DNA from: Phoronis australis
Taxonomy: Eukaryota > Animalia > Phoronida
Assembly (NCBI GenBank): GCA_002633005.1
Contig: NMRA01000014.1
Coordinates: 982,955-1,046,954, forward strand
Direction of reading: 5' to 3'
DNA: 64,000 nucleotides
Shown: positions 37,610 to 50,154 of the stretch, one piece after another
Layout: every line of letters starts with the position of its first letter
Position numbering within the stretch: position 1 is the stretch's first letter
The notes under the pieces: model-generated
The model's input: the letters and a program-made list of their open reading frames with translations, nothing else
What the model was told of the DNA's origin: nothing
Databases searched by the model: none
Position numbers and translations under genes: made by a program

Positions 37610-40600
37610 GAAAATGTTAAAGAAGGGATAATTAAACCTGTGGAGAATTCGGTATGGGCGAGTTCGATTGTTGCAGTAGTGAAGTCAGATGGTAAAAGTA
37701 TCCGTCTGTGCAGCGATTTCAAAGAAAAACTTAACACTGCTTGCAAATTGGATCAGTACCCTCTACAGTGGCCTGTGGATATTTTCGACACCCTAGCTCG
37801 AGGACAGAGTCGTTTTCTACCCTGGATTTACGTAGTGCGTATCGTCAGCTGACAGTGTCGGACAAGGCCCAAATGGCTGCTGGTAGTACGAGTACGGGAT
37901 TGTTTGCGTTTCAGCGACTACAGTTTGGGTTACACAACGCAGTGAGCATTTTCCAACGGGCGATAGAACATGTTTTGAAGGACATACCAGGCTGTGTACT
38001 TAGACGACATTATTGAGACAGGATCGAATTACGATGAACGTCGGTGTAAGAAACTGTCCAGGGGAAATAAGTCAAAGCTGGGTTAAAACCAAACCGTCAA
38101 AAATGCAAGTTCATGCAACCAGAGGTGCATCATTTGGGACACAAACTGTCAGCTGCAGGACTGCACCCTTTGAAAGAAAAGTTCGAGTCAGTACGCAATA
38201 TTCCAGTGCCCACGGACAGTAACAAAGTGGCAACTTACTATGGAATGATAAAATGTTACCATCGGCTCCTTCCTAATGTGGCGAAATTTTATTGCCTTGG
38301 TACGCACTCACGAAGAAAGACGTGATTTGCCAGTGGACTGACAAAGAATAGAATTCATTTCAAACAGCCAAGGACCTGCTTGTGGCTAATATAGTGTTAA
38401 GCCACTATAATCCGAGTAAGAAGTCATCACTGACCACGGATGCGAGTTCGTTCGGATTGGGAGTTGTTTCGGAACATGAGGACAGTGATGGAAGGAAGCG
38501 GCCAGTTAGCTATGCCGTCTGTGCCACATCGAAACACTATGGAACTCATGTCGAGGGAGTTAGGTGCTTTGTCTGACACGTTTGTTCGAGAACCCTCATC
38601 TCTATGCCTAATGTCACCTTGGGCTTTGACGTCACAACACAAGATGGTGTACATATCAACTGTCTACATATTACAACGCAGGATGAATGTCAGATTTTAT
38701 TTACTGACGAGTTACCTGGGGGCACTGCTGCTGACTATGCCTAGCATATTAATGACACACTTGAAAATATTGCCGATGTGTATGCCACTTACCATAATCT
38801 TGATTTTGAGGACTGTCGGCTGGCAATGATTAAGAATTTTTCGAATACAATGAGTGACTGGGCCATTATAAATCATATTACCATAACCATGCTCGAGATA
38901 CACTGGTATACATCACTCAACAAACTTAACTGTCACCTTCATCCATTGGACACCATCGCCACTTCATACAGACCTGTACTGAAGTCTCATTAAAATGTAC
39001 TGGGAAAAGTCTTTGACTGCAATTGCTTTTTTTTAATTTATGTATTTGAGTATAATAATTGTACTATAGATTTCTTTGTAGTATTGATCCCAGATACAAT
39101 GTCTCTTGGAGCTTTCTGGTTATGTATATTAATTGTACTGAATATTTCACAACATTGAAAAAAACACAATTGTTATGCAGCAAATCGTGTGTTAGCCCTC
39201 AACAAAGTTCGCTTGAAGGATGACAAAGGCAACCCCAAAAGCTTCAAAGCTTTCCTGGATGAAGCCCAGCTTGGGTGTGGATTCATTCAACGGTATCGGG
39301 GCAACAGAGTACATTTGTTGTTTGATTTGTGTGGAAAATATTTCCAATGTCAAAATTCATTTCATGAATTTCTGGCTTGCAGTGCCTTACAGAAAGCTGT
39401 CTGTGCAGATTTCTCTCCTGAATTGGCCACAATAGAATTTCAAGTTTTTGGACTTGTGGGAAAATTGTTAAGTGGTCCTTGGATGAAACGAATTTTCCAA
39501 GCTGCCAGTGACGTAAACCACATCGAGGCTTTCAAACACGTCCAGTATGTGGTTTACAAGTGCAAATCAACTGTGGACAACTCCATGTACACGCTTGTAG
39601 TGTTCGCAATCGTGTTTTGGTTAGGACAGGAAGAGGAAGTTCAGAAAAGAGCCAGCCATTTTATAACCAGACATTGTGTTCTTAATAAAGTTTTATATCG
39701 ATCATTGTCGTCTTCATCAACACACTACATTGGCCATGAGGATCTGCTGTGAAACACTTAGGAATCCATCTTGAGCTAGAGTGTGTCAGGATAGCTGGAG
39801 GTTTGCCGCATTACCCTAAATTTGACTGTTTTGGAGATGGCTTGCAGGTATGTTCAAAGTAGGTAAATCGCCTAAAGACAAACATTTTCGAAGGCTACGA
39901 AATCAGTAACCCAGTACACCAAGGAGCATTGCTCCTTACCTATGGTCTCAATGACATTTTTGACTCTCTTTTGTGCAATGATGGTGTCATGTCTGCGTGC
40001 TATTGTTGAGATTTCGGAGTCAGTACAGACGGTACTTCAATGGACACCACCCAGCAAGTTCTACTCGAGACAAGTTCTGCAAGATTACATAACATGGACA
40101 GTGAGGAGGTGATGGGGATGTTCAGTGATTTAAAGGTTAAGGCCCCAAATGCCACGTTGTGTAATATGTCCTCAAAATTGAGAGCACAGAAGAATAAAGT
40201 AATAGAAAATCTCAATGCTTTGACAGACGACAGGCAAACCACTGTTATTAAAGCGGTAATCCATCTTGGAAGCACTGTGACTTCAGAAGGACCCAGTCGG
40301 CTGAAGTGAACAAAGAACTGAAAAAAGACTCAAAGCAAAGGTATCACAAAAGAAGTGCAGCTTTGTACAAAACTTAAGAAAAAGTTAAAAAGCAAAGCTT
40401 TAGACATTGAAAAGGACTTCCCTGATTTGAACCCAAACCTGAGAGATTCATTAAAAGATATAATGAACAGTCGTATTGTTAGCAGACATATTCTGCACAG
40501 GTGGATTGAAAACAATGGTCACTATATCGTAGAAAAGTGGGAAAACTCCAAATATGCCAAAAAAGGTCACACATATCTGCATCAAGTTACACTTGTCCAC

Positions 40601-42200
40601 AACAATGACCTATTACACTCGTGCAATTTTGTTGTATAAAACTGTGATAACATTCAAACCATTTGATATAGGGAAGCTTATGATGTAGCCTTTCCAATGG
40701 TGCCAAATTCTTTGTTAAATGTGGAAAAAAAATTTTGTCACGTCCCTAGCTATGCGCCGCGTACCTTGTCCAGTGCAGAGGAAAACTATTGTCAGACCAA
40801 GAAAGGATTGGTCGTCGTTTAGGCGGTAGAGAAATTTTCGAAATCTCTAATTGGTCGTACATTCGAAATTTACAAGGACCACAAACCGTTGCTTGGATTA
40901 CTTGGAGAAAATCGTGCAATTCCAACTACGGCTTCCGGGACGATTATTCATTGGAGTTTGTCTCTTTCTAAGTATAACTACAAACTGGTGTACAAGCCAG
41001 ATGCTCAAAATCACTAACGCCGACTGTTTATCACAATATCCCCAGCTGAACATTGTACATGCTTTGGAAGTTGGCGAGAAAGTGCAGTTATCTGAACATT
41101 TGATCGTGACCCTATTCTCGCATAGGTTGGAAAGAATCGGACTGTGGTGATAACGAGTTGAAACCATACATTTCTCGCAAGGATGAGTTTACCCTCATGA
41201 ATGGTTGTGTACTGTGGTGTTTTTGTGTTGTGATACCACCCCAAGGCCAAGATAAGGTTACCTAGGAGATACATGACATGCACCTAGGGATTCTAGGAAT
41301 GAAAGGGCTAGCTCGAGGTTATGTGTGGTGGCCTGAAATAGACAAGGATCCAGAGCGGAAAGTTAATACATGGCATACATCCAGTCGGTTCAGTCGTTCT
41401 CTGATCGCAATCACCAACCATCCCGCGGAAACTGTACGACAGATCACATGACAAGTCACGTGACAACTCAGTGGCCTGATGAAGTCGAGAGGAGGACGCA
41501 ACGTAGCCATCTCCACGTAGTGTAAGTCCAGTAATAGATTTATTGATTCTTATACTATGACTCAACTGGATGACTGAAAACATTCATCATATCACCAACC
41601 ATTACACTCATGGGAGTTTCCATCGAAACTATGGTCATGTTTGTATATCGATTACGCAGGACCGTTGGAAAGTAACATGTATTTAGTAGTAATGGATGCT
41701 CATTCAAAGTGGTTGGATGTTATTCCTACTAGTGGATCTACTTCAGCTACGACGATCAAGACATTGCGTTCGCTATTTTGCGTCCACAGGTTGCTGGATA
41801 TGTTGGTGTCTGATAACGTGTCATCGTTCACCAGAGCGGAATTTCAGGAGTTCATGAAAAAGAATGGAATTCAACACGTAACAGGTGTCCCCTACCATCC
41901 CGCTACAAACAGGTTAGCAGAGAGAGCCATGTGTAATTTCAAAGAAGCAATGAGTAAGAATCAAGGGACATTGGAAGACGAACTGTGTTGATTTTTATTT
42001 GATTATCGCATCACTCTTCATGCGGCAATGGCTGTTCCCCTGTGTGAGTCGCTAATGAAGCGCCACTTTGTTTCACACTTTGATCGCATGGTGCCCTCGG
42101 TGAGTGATAGAGTGCGAGACCCAACCGTCCCAGATGAAACACAACAAACGCTCCAGGCATTTACAAGTGTTTGAGATAGGTGATTAATGTGCTCGTCAGG
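37610..42200 (+). mobile_element. pol: Decayed Ty3/Gypsy pol (RT, RNase H, integrase), interrupted by an insertion at ~38516-40748
   Basis: GIIKPVENSVWASSIVAV..IRLCSDFK, FSTLDLRSAYRQL, RLQFG, TTDASSFGLG, RPVSYA / SYAPRTLSSAEENY, YVWWPEID, IDYAGP..SDN..PYHPATNRLAER; many frameshifts and stops; no 5' LTR or gag seen. Confidence 0.92.
38516..40748 (+). mobile_element. Decayed hAT-like DDE DNA transposon nested in Gypsy RNase H
   Basis: TAGCTATGC duplicated on both sides; right end ..CACGTCCCTA; transposase fragments TQDGVH, ELPGGTAADY, TMSD..LNCHLHPLD (CxxH), RYRGNRVHLLF, GKLLSGPWMK. Confidence 0.7.
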
Positions 42201-42423
42201 AACTACTCGAGTTACAGTTCAATAAATACCGGGGAATGTTGAAGGCATTACATCACCAGTGTCTAGCAAATTCAAACTGGCTGCAGACAACTAGTCAGGA
42301 AGCATTTGTCAAGCATGAAAACATGATGGCTAACTCCCTGGTCGCTGAGTTCCAAGATGTCTTCGACTACAGTATAGGTAGACTGGAAGGACCTGTCAAA
42401 ATGAATGTACAGGAGGGAGCTGC

Positions 42424-43337
42424 AGTTTTCCTGCATGTGTTTTAGTTACTTGGATGTCGTTTGCTTTTATGCTGTAATTCTTGTAACATTCAATTGGTTT
42501 TATATATTACGTCGTACACCGACGATGTTACATTGGCGACAAGGATATATTTTCAATGAAACTTTTTGAAGATGGTAGAAGGAGGAGATAGTTCACATAT
42601 ACCAAAATTCGACTGTTTTTCCAATCCAGCCACAGTAGGATCAAGATGGGAGCAGTGGTTGAAAGCAGTTTGCCTATAGTAAAGGCCTGGTCATAGAGCC
42701 AGGTTCTGACAAGAATTGCCAGAGGCGCTGAGCTCAGCTGTTACATTACGCTGGTCCCGAAGTACAGGATATTTTTGGACCTTGACGGACACGGGCACAG
42801 CCAAATATTACGACTTGGCAGTCCAGAAACTGAACGAACACTTTGTTCCCCAAGTGAACACTGCTTTCGCCCGACATTCGTTTCGTCAACTAACGCAAAA
42901 GGACGGTGAAACAACACTGCAATTCGCAACTCGTTTGCGACAAGCAGTGAAAGAGTGTGCGTATGAGGCCGACACAGACAACCACATCCACGACAAAATT
43001 TTGTCAAAACACAATCAGAATACCTGAGACAAAAATTGCTTGAAGAAGGAAAGGATCTCACCCTAGGAAGAACTCTAGAAATAGCCAAAAGCTGCTAAGG
43101 AAAGGAAAGATTTCATGTATTGAGTTTCTAACAGATGCTTATTAGTTCCGGTAGCACTTAAATGTATGACTGTTAATCACGTGTCACTATGACGTATATC
43201 CTTAGCGTGTATAAATAGTTTTCCTGCATGTGTTTTAGTTACTTGGATGTTGTTTGCTTTAATGCTGATTACTTTGACAATATAATTCTTATAACATTCA
43301 ATTGGTTTTATATACGTCGTACACCAATGACGTTACA
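42424..43337 (+). mobile_element. Second gag-only LTR element, decayed, 5' LTR truncated
   Basis: Partial 5' LTR 42424-42532 matches 43217-43337; PBS TGGCGACAAGGAT at 42534; frameshifted Gag (PKFDCF..RWEQWL, HYAGPEVQDIF, ARHSFRQLTQKDGET, LRQKLL..LTLGRTLEIA); PPT AAGGAAAGGAAAGA 43097-43110; 3' LTR ~43111-43337. Confidence 0.85.
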
Positions 43338-43339
43338 GT

Positions 43340-44770
43340 AACTACCAGCAGAAAGCCTGCACACAAACTTCCACTCAATTCAGCACACATAGCCTGCAAA
43401 TTCTATGGTTTGTCACATGGTATACGAAAAGCAGATTGTCTAGCCTGGGGCAAAACATACTCTGTCATAAGCACAACCATTTTGCGTCGAAATGTGCCAC
43501 TGCTGGTAAAGTTGTAGTATCTGGTAATATTCGACAAACGACCTGTACACTAGTGATGTGGAACGGCACACACGAACACCAGTTGGTGAAACCACTGCAT
43601 CGGAGTTTAATAAGCACACTAACCAAACCCACAACATGAATCTGATCAAAGTTAATAACTGCCTCATCATATATCAAGTGGCAAAAGAAGACATAGGTCT
43701 GGGTGAATTGGGTGAGGCCCACCTCTGTGTGAACAAAGATGTCAAAGCTACGACTTTGCCATTCAGAATAATGTACCTGTTGCACTGCGTAACTGTGTAA
43801 AGGAAGAAATCAACTGCCAGGTTACTCTTGGAGTCCTATTACCTGTAACAGAACCTATTGAGTGGGTCAGACAGATGACTGCTGTTCACAAACCCAATGG
43901 CAAGCTGCACCTGTGCATTGATCCTCAATCCTTAAACCAAGCAGTGCTAAGACAGCAATTCAAACTTCCCAGAGTAGACGAAGTACTGCCTATGCTGATA
44001 CACTTAGCCATGCATTCCTGAATACTGTTGACTATGAAGGACATCTCAGACGCACGTCTGCAGGAAGTGAAGAAGGCAACCGATGAAGATCTCCTGATGT
44101 CCTCATTAAGCTCATGTCGTCTGAACGAGTGGCCTAATAAACATTGAATGCCTGCTGAGCTGAAGACATATCACAGTATGCACGACATCCTCTCATGTGA
44201 AGCTGGAATCATCCAAAACTTTGAAGTGATTGTGATCCCAAGTCAAATGTTTAAGGACATAAGGACATCAGCGCACACGTGCACATTAACTAGGACTACT
44301 TTTTTCCCACCACAAGTGCCAAGGCCAATCAGATAACCAAGGGCGCAAAGCTTTTTGAGAACAAGCTTGAGTTACAGTCAATTTACACATAACTATATTC
44401 AAATCAATGATGCCAGTTCATCATGAACTCCCACGCATACACTGAGGTCATACATAGTGCACACCTCCAATGGAACTGTTTGACAAAAGCACCAGGACTT
44501 AGGGCATTACGTGACGTGGAACAGACAGATGTCAAAACCGAACCTGTACACTGTTAGGAATTGCTATTGTTAATGACCTGGTCTCACTAGTTATAAGTAT
44601 TTTCAAGGATTCTGCTTCATTGGTTCACCCTCCTGTGAAGGAGATGTAGTGTTAGTTAAGCATCTGTCGCATACTTTGTTACAACCCCATTATTTAGTTA
44701 CAAGTTGTCCCACCGAATGGCGCTGTTCTTGTATTCATCCTCGAGTACCCAATAAAACATGGCTGACATT
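43340..44770 (+). mobile_element. Internally deleted Gypsy pol remnant of a third family with probable 3' LTR
   Basis: VTEPIEWVRQMTAVHKPNGKLHLCIDPQSLNQAV (RT start), ISDARLQEVKKATDED..WP..ELKTYH (pre-integrase); purine tract GAAGGAGA then TGTAGT at 44645. A related pol scrap (EFQDVFD..IGRLEGP) lies at ~42330-42420. Confidence 0.75.
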
Positions 44771-45394
44771 TTAGAATGCTAAATTTAGTAAAAAAGTGGC
44801 CCTAGCCAGATTACCCCAAACATAAAAAAAACGCTCTCCTCCATAGAAACATCAAAACTCACAATGATTTTTCATCAAACCTGTGATGTACTGAGGCACT
44901 GGGGCAAAAAAAATGCCACTAGAGGACATAGCCACCAAAAGGGGGGTCACAGCAGTGATCAGTTTGGCCCGAACTTTCATAGGTAGTGCCGTCTCCTAAA
45001 TAACAAATCGGCCAAGTTTCATAAAAATCCTGAGCGCGACTTGGTATAAGCAAATGCAAACCAATGACATTTCCTCCTCAATAGGAACAATACCACTAGA
45101 TTTCGTAATGCTTCAAGTGGCTCAGCAGAGAGAGGTTAGAGCCAAAAATGGACAAAGAAAGGCCAACAGAGGCGTACCATAATCATATCAGTTGAAAAAT
45201 AGGTAGGTGACAATTTCATCTTGATAGCAGCACCAGTGTTCTCCACAGCGTGTTTTCACTAGACGTACTAATGAGTTTAACCGACTGGTTTGAACTGAAC
45301 TGCGACAAGTTTAAAAAAAGCGGTTTTAGGAAAATACTGTCATATATGTACCAAGCCACACTTTTATGGCTGTCACACACATACCAATGAAGCC

Positions 45395-45642
45395 AAAGCT
45401 CTGTTATCACTGCCACATATGTAACAAGTCATAAATCTTATCACTGCCAAATGTGTAATAAATCGCAGCTGTGTTATCAATGCTACATGATTGTGTAACA
45501 AGTCACAGCTCTGTTATCGCTGCCACATATTATGTAAAAAGTCACAGCTTTGTTATCACTGCCACATAATTATTTAACAAGTCACAGCACTGTTATCACT
45601 GCCACATATGTAACAAGCCACAGCTATGTTATCACTGCCACT
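45395..45642. repeat. ~34-bp minisatellite in the ZDHHC4-like 3' UTR region
   Basis: AAGTCACAGCTCTGTTATCACTGCCACATATGTAAC units, about 7 copies. Confidence 0.9.
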
Positions 45643-45664
45643 TAACTAACAAACCAAAGATCTG

Positions 45665-48600
45665 TTAATGCTTCATTTTCTTGCTTGTATGCGACTGTGA
45701 CAGAAGCACTTCCTTGATGTTTCTCCACAGACTCTTGTTGTAGACACAGTGTCCTGTGCGGCCCATCACCATCAGCTTATACCTCTCATATGATGTCTTG
45801 TTAATGCAGACTAGATATAGGTGAAAGAGCAGAAGGCCAGCCAGGACAAGGACAGTCACCGTAACACTAACAGTCAGTAGCACCACCCGTGGGTATTGGT
45901 TGAAGAAGTACTGCAACACAGAGGGTAGTGAGTGAATACAGCAGTGGCACCTACACACAAGTATTAGCACAAGTTTTAGGCAAATAACATTTTGTTGACA
46001 AAAAGAAATAAACTATCCCTTGAGTGTAATTTTCTTAATACAGAGTAACCATGCAAAGACGATTTGGTGAGGCACGGGACCTAAAAAGAATAATCAATGG
46101 ATTTCTACCAATGCTATCACTGTCTGGTTTAATTGCTAGCTTATTCATCATGGGAAGTAACATACAGGGTCATGTTGACTGCTACACGAAACACTTCAAT
46201 CATTATCGGCTGTTGAAGGTAGGTTGAATCCCCCATAAAACCTTTGTGTTAGCTATCATTGACTGCCTGCACACAAGCATGACAAATGAACACCAAGTAC
46301 AACATACCTGAGTCAGAGACCAGTAGGTCATATGTCTCTCTATATCATACTTGTCAATGTACTTGACGTGCATTAGGTGATACCGGTCTGTTATGTCCAT
46401 CAACATGTGGGCCGACATGAGAACAGCGTTAGTGCCAGACATGATGACAGTGAGCAGGAAGGCCAGGAAGTAGCGATGGTTGTTAGCTCCAATACAGCTA
46501 TTGGTCCACACACAGTGGTGGTCGTAGCGTAGTATGCACCTCTTACACATCACTGCAATATACAATAAACAAAGTCAGTTAGTTCACTCACAATGGTGGT
46601 CAACATTTGGAGAATATTGCATAAGGTATAGTACTTGGAAGTTTCATATGGATCCGATAAGCTGCTTCTGAGATATAATGTTCTGAAGTTGGCCAAAATT
46701 GGAGATTTTTCTAGGGTCCTACATGATCTTTTAAGACCTTAACTCATAATGTAGATGGCTCAGACCAAGATGGGAGGTCAGTACTAACTCCCCACGGTGC
46801 CTAGACTGGGGTGGTCATTGCTAACTCACCACAAAGCCTAGACTGGGCTGATCAGTGCTAACTCCCCACAGAGCTAACTCACCACAGTGTCTAGACGGGG
46901 CTGGTCAGGGCTAACTCCCCACAGAGCTAACTCACCACAGTGTCTGGACTGGGCTGGTCAGCACTAACTCCCCACAGTGTCTAGACTGGGCTGGTCATTG
47001 CTAACTCACCACAGTGCCTAGACTGGGCTGATCAGTGTTAACTCACCACAGTGCCTGGACTGGGCTGATCAGTGCTAACTCACCACAGTGCCTAGACTGG
47101 GCTGATCAGTCTTAACTCCCCACAGTGTCTAGACTGGGCTGGTCAGTGCTAACTCACCAGTGTCTAGACTGGGATGGTTAACGCTAATTCACCACATTGT
47201 CTCAACTAAGCTTGTCAGTGTTAACTCACCACAATGCCTAGACCGGGGTGGTCTGTTCATCCTACACTCCTCACAGTATCCAGTACTCCTGTACACGACA
47301 TCATCATATCTATATGCTGTCCTGTATTGCTTCAAATTGTTCCTCTCAATATAGCCAGGATCAGTATAGCAGCACAGTCCAAATGAGATCGTTGAGGCAA
47401 CCAGGAACATTAATGGTAGCAAGGTGTGATTAGTCAAGCTGTCCACAGCGTACAAGTAAGGAAGTACATCTACCACTAACACCACATGAGCCAGACAGGT
47501 TAGTAGGCAATAGACTCCTTGGTAGAAATGGTTCCTGCAACAGCAAGGTTTACGAGTGAGTTCAAGCAATTCTTCTGAAAGTTTGTCGACTGGACATTTT
47601 CTAGTACTTGAATCAATACTTCATTTCCCCACATTTATTGGAGTCCTTACATAAATTTCTTTAATTTGGACAATAGATACTCTATAAACCTCTAGTTTAT
47701 TTTAATAAATAATTACTTTAAAACCATGGCTTTTAATTACTGTCATCATAGACTCCTGCGAATACAAATCAGGTATTTCAGTAGCAAATGTACAAATCTA
47801 GCACTTACCTTTCATGCAATAAGTAACTGAAACTTGTCAACAATATGTCCTGGCAGTCTTGTGGTAGTATCTGAAATAAACAACATACAGTATTTGTTAA
47901 GATTAGCAACAGTGAATTCACAAAAACTTGTTAGAAACAATCACATCTTGGCAGGGCAACAATTTGACCCTACAAAGCGTTATGTTCTTACGATGGTGAA
48001 AACATAATTATTTTGATCAAGTCAAAGCTTGAACGAAATAGACAATATTGGTCACAGAGGTCAACGGCAAACAGTCAAGACATTAACCTTTGTCTCACAC
48101 TATAAGGAACGCTGTGTTGGCAGCTCCTTTGTATGATTTCATGTATTGCACAGTCTATGTTCCGATAATGTTGACACAAACCACAGAGCCCGATATTTGA
48201 GAAATACAATGCGGGCCAAAATCACCTAGGTCCCAAATCTTAGAGGCGGCCCAAATTGAAGAATCCTTACGGTTTGTAGTTGACGAAACTTTCAAGCTGT
48301 CAGTGATGGCAATATGTAGCCATTGTATCATAAATGTGTGGGCGCATAATAAGACTCTAGGAATGGAATGCTATCATTAATCTCGAGCAAATGGCATTGC
48401 AATGCATGTGCGTGGGTGGACATTTGCATTCGTTTGTTCCGGCGTTGTAAAAATATTAATTACCACCAAGGGGCACAGTAGTAGTCAGAAAGACAGTTGT
48501 CATCATCTGTTTTCACGTTTGCCAAATATGACAGCAGTCCTGCAAGGGATTCAGGAAATACAGCCATGGACGCCAGACAGAGATGATAGCAATAAGCAAC

Positions 48601-48996
48601 CACATACAAAAGATAACTGCAGGTGGTCTGGTACACATTGTACGAGATGTGCTCAGTAGGAACCCTTGCACTGAACTGGAACCATATTTATTCTTCGTTA
48701 TATAATAAAAATCAAGCTCAGGAGCTAGAGACCTGACTCAAAGGTCCAGCAATATGCCCCAGTAGGACTCGAACCCACAACCATGGGTAAAGGAAGTGAA
48801 AACCGACTTCATTATGCTACAATGTATTCTCAGCCATACAAGTGGACACACATAAATAATCAAAGCATACCGGCCAGATATAATCTGTGAAGGTTGACGA
48901 GCAGATGCATACTACTGTTGACGACCTGAAGTAATATGCAGCAGTACCAGTGATGAACACTAGCATATAGCATATCAGTAGTGTTGCAAAGTCCAT
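45665..48996 (-). CDS. ZDHHC4: DHHC palmitoyltransferase, ZDHHC4-like, 327 aa, 5 coding exons
   Basis: Exons 48871-48996, 47809-47870, 47230-47534, 46308-46552, 45665-45910 (984 nt, GT-AG). N-terminus MDF..; [62 protein letters not shown]. Confidence 0.9.
46785..47253 (-). repeat. ~38-bp minisatellite made of the ZDHHC4-like exon 3 / intron junction
   Basis: Unit CTAACTCACCACAGTGCCTAGACTGGGCTGATCAGTG mirrors the true junction TTAACTCACCACAATGCCTAGACCGGGGTGGTC; about a dozen copies. Confidence 0.92.
48750..48830 (-). mobile_element. tRNA-derived SINE / pseudo-tRNA fragment
   Basis: Minus strand B-box GGTTCGAGTCC with a degenerate A-box; no intact cloverleaf. Confidence 0.45.
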
Positions 48997-50154
48997 CTAA
49001 GTCTCTTCTTCAACTGTTTCATGGAAAGCAAAGAGAAATACATCACACAATAAGTGAGCCATCAGGATCAAAGTCTTCAAGACTTGCTTCATATCAATCA
49101 ATGGATGTACACATCAACAACTCATGTCCAAAGCGAATTATAGAACAAAAATTACCTGTTTATCTGAATGATCAGGTCAAGTACAGGCTTCTTAGCACCA
49201 TCTGCATTCCACAATGATTGACTCTAAGCCTAATGGTTTGGATACTCAGCTCTCACGCAGAGAAGACCACTTCAAGTCTCGACATATGACCAATGAAAAC
49301 CCTGATTAACTGTTTGGACTTTATTTGGCCAGTTTTTTTTACCAGCAATGGCGCAAAGCTAGTGTTGTAAATTTTAGGATACAGGTTTGCACCAAGACTT
49401 GGTCCAAGTCCAAGGCTTGGGCTATCACACCATATGCTTATGGCTATGGCTGTACTGTACTATGAATCGACACGATGGACACAGGAGGACGTGATACACA
49501 GAACCCTCCTATAGCCTACTGAAATAAAATAAGCATTTTACAAACTGCTTTAAGTTACTTACTGACACCGTAGCCATAGCTGTAGCCATAGCGTAGCGAG
49601 ACCTATTCCGCCATAATAAACCTGTCCTGAACCTTATCCATTGCGACAGAAAAATGTCGTTAAAACTCGTAAACCTCTCATTTCGAGATCTCATTACAGT
49701 TAACTGGGAACCAGTCGGATTCTTGACAGGTTCAGTGATGTACATTAACGACCGGGAGTGCAAGTGTTTTGTTTTGGATAACGAATTTGTAGGATTGAAA
49801 ACCCTGTACCATGTGAGCATCAAACCATGCGTTTTGAGATAACTTATTTTTGAAATTATGATGGAATTCGTTCATGAGTGTGGCTGGTCTGCTACTCTTC
49901 TAATATTAGTAGCCTTGCATACGGTGCAGAGCTGCATATTATGCATAATGTTCACATATTAATATTCATCTGCAGAAAACCAATCATTGTTATGACCAAT
50001 GCTCTTTAAATGCTATAGTAGACCAAGCAGAAACAACAAAGGAGCTGAAAAATTGTCATGCTCTACACATCAATAGGTGCAAGCCCAGTTGCAATAGGCA
50101 ACTGAAACACCACAGGTTGTCATTGTTAGTTTAGTCCATTGTTGCTGTATATCA

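Noticed and set aside
37454-37852. Novel transposase-RT fusion protein
   Set aside because: Chance in-frame junction of two decayed elements, both broken by stops and frameshifts.
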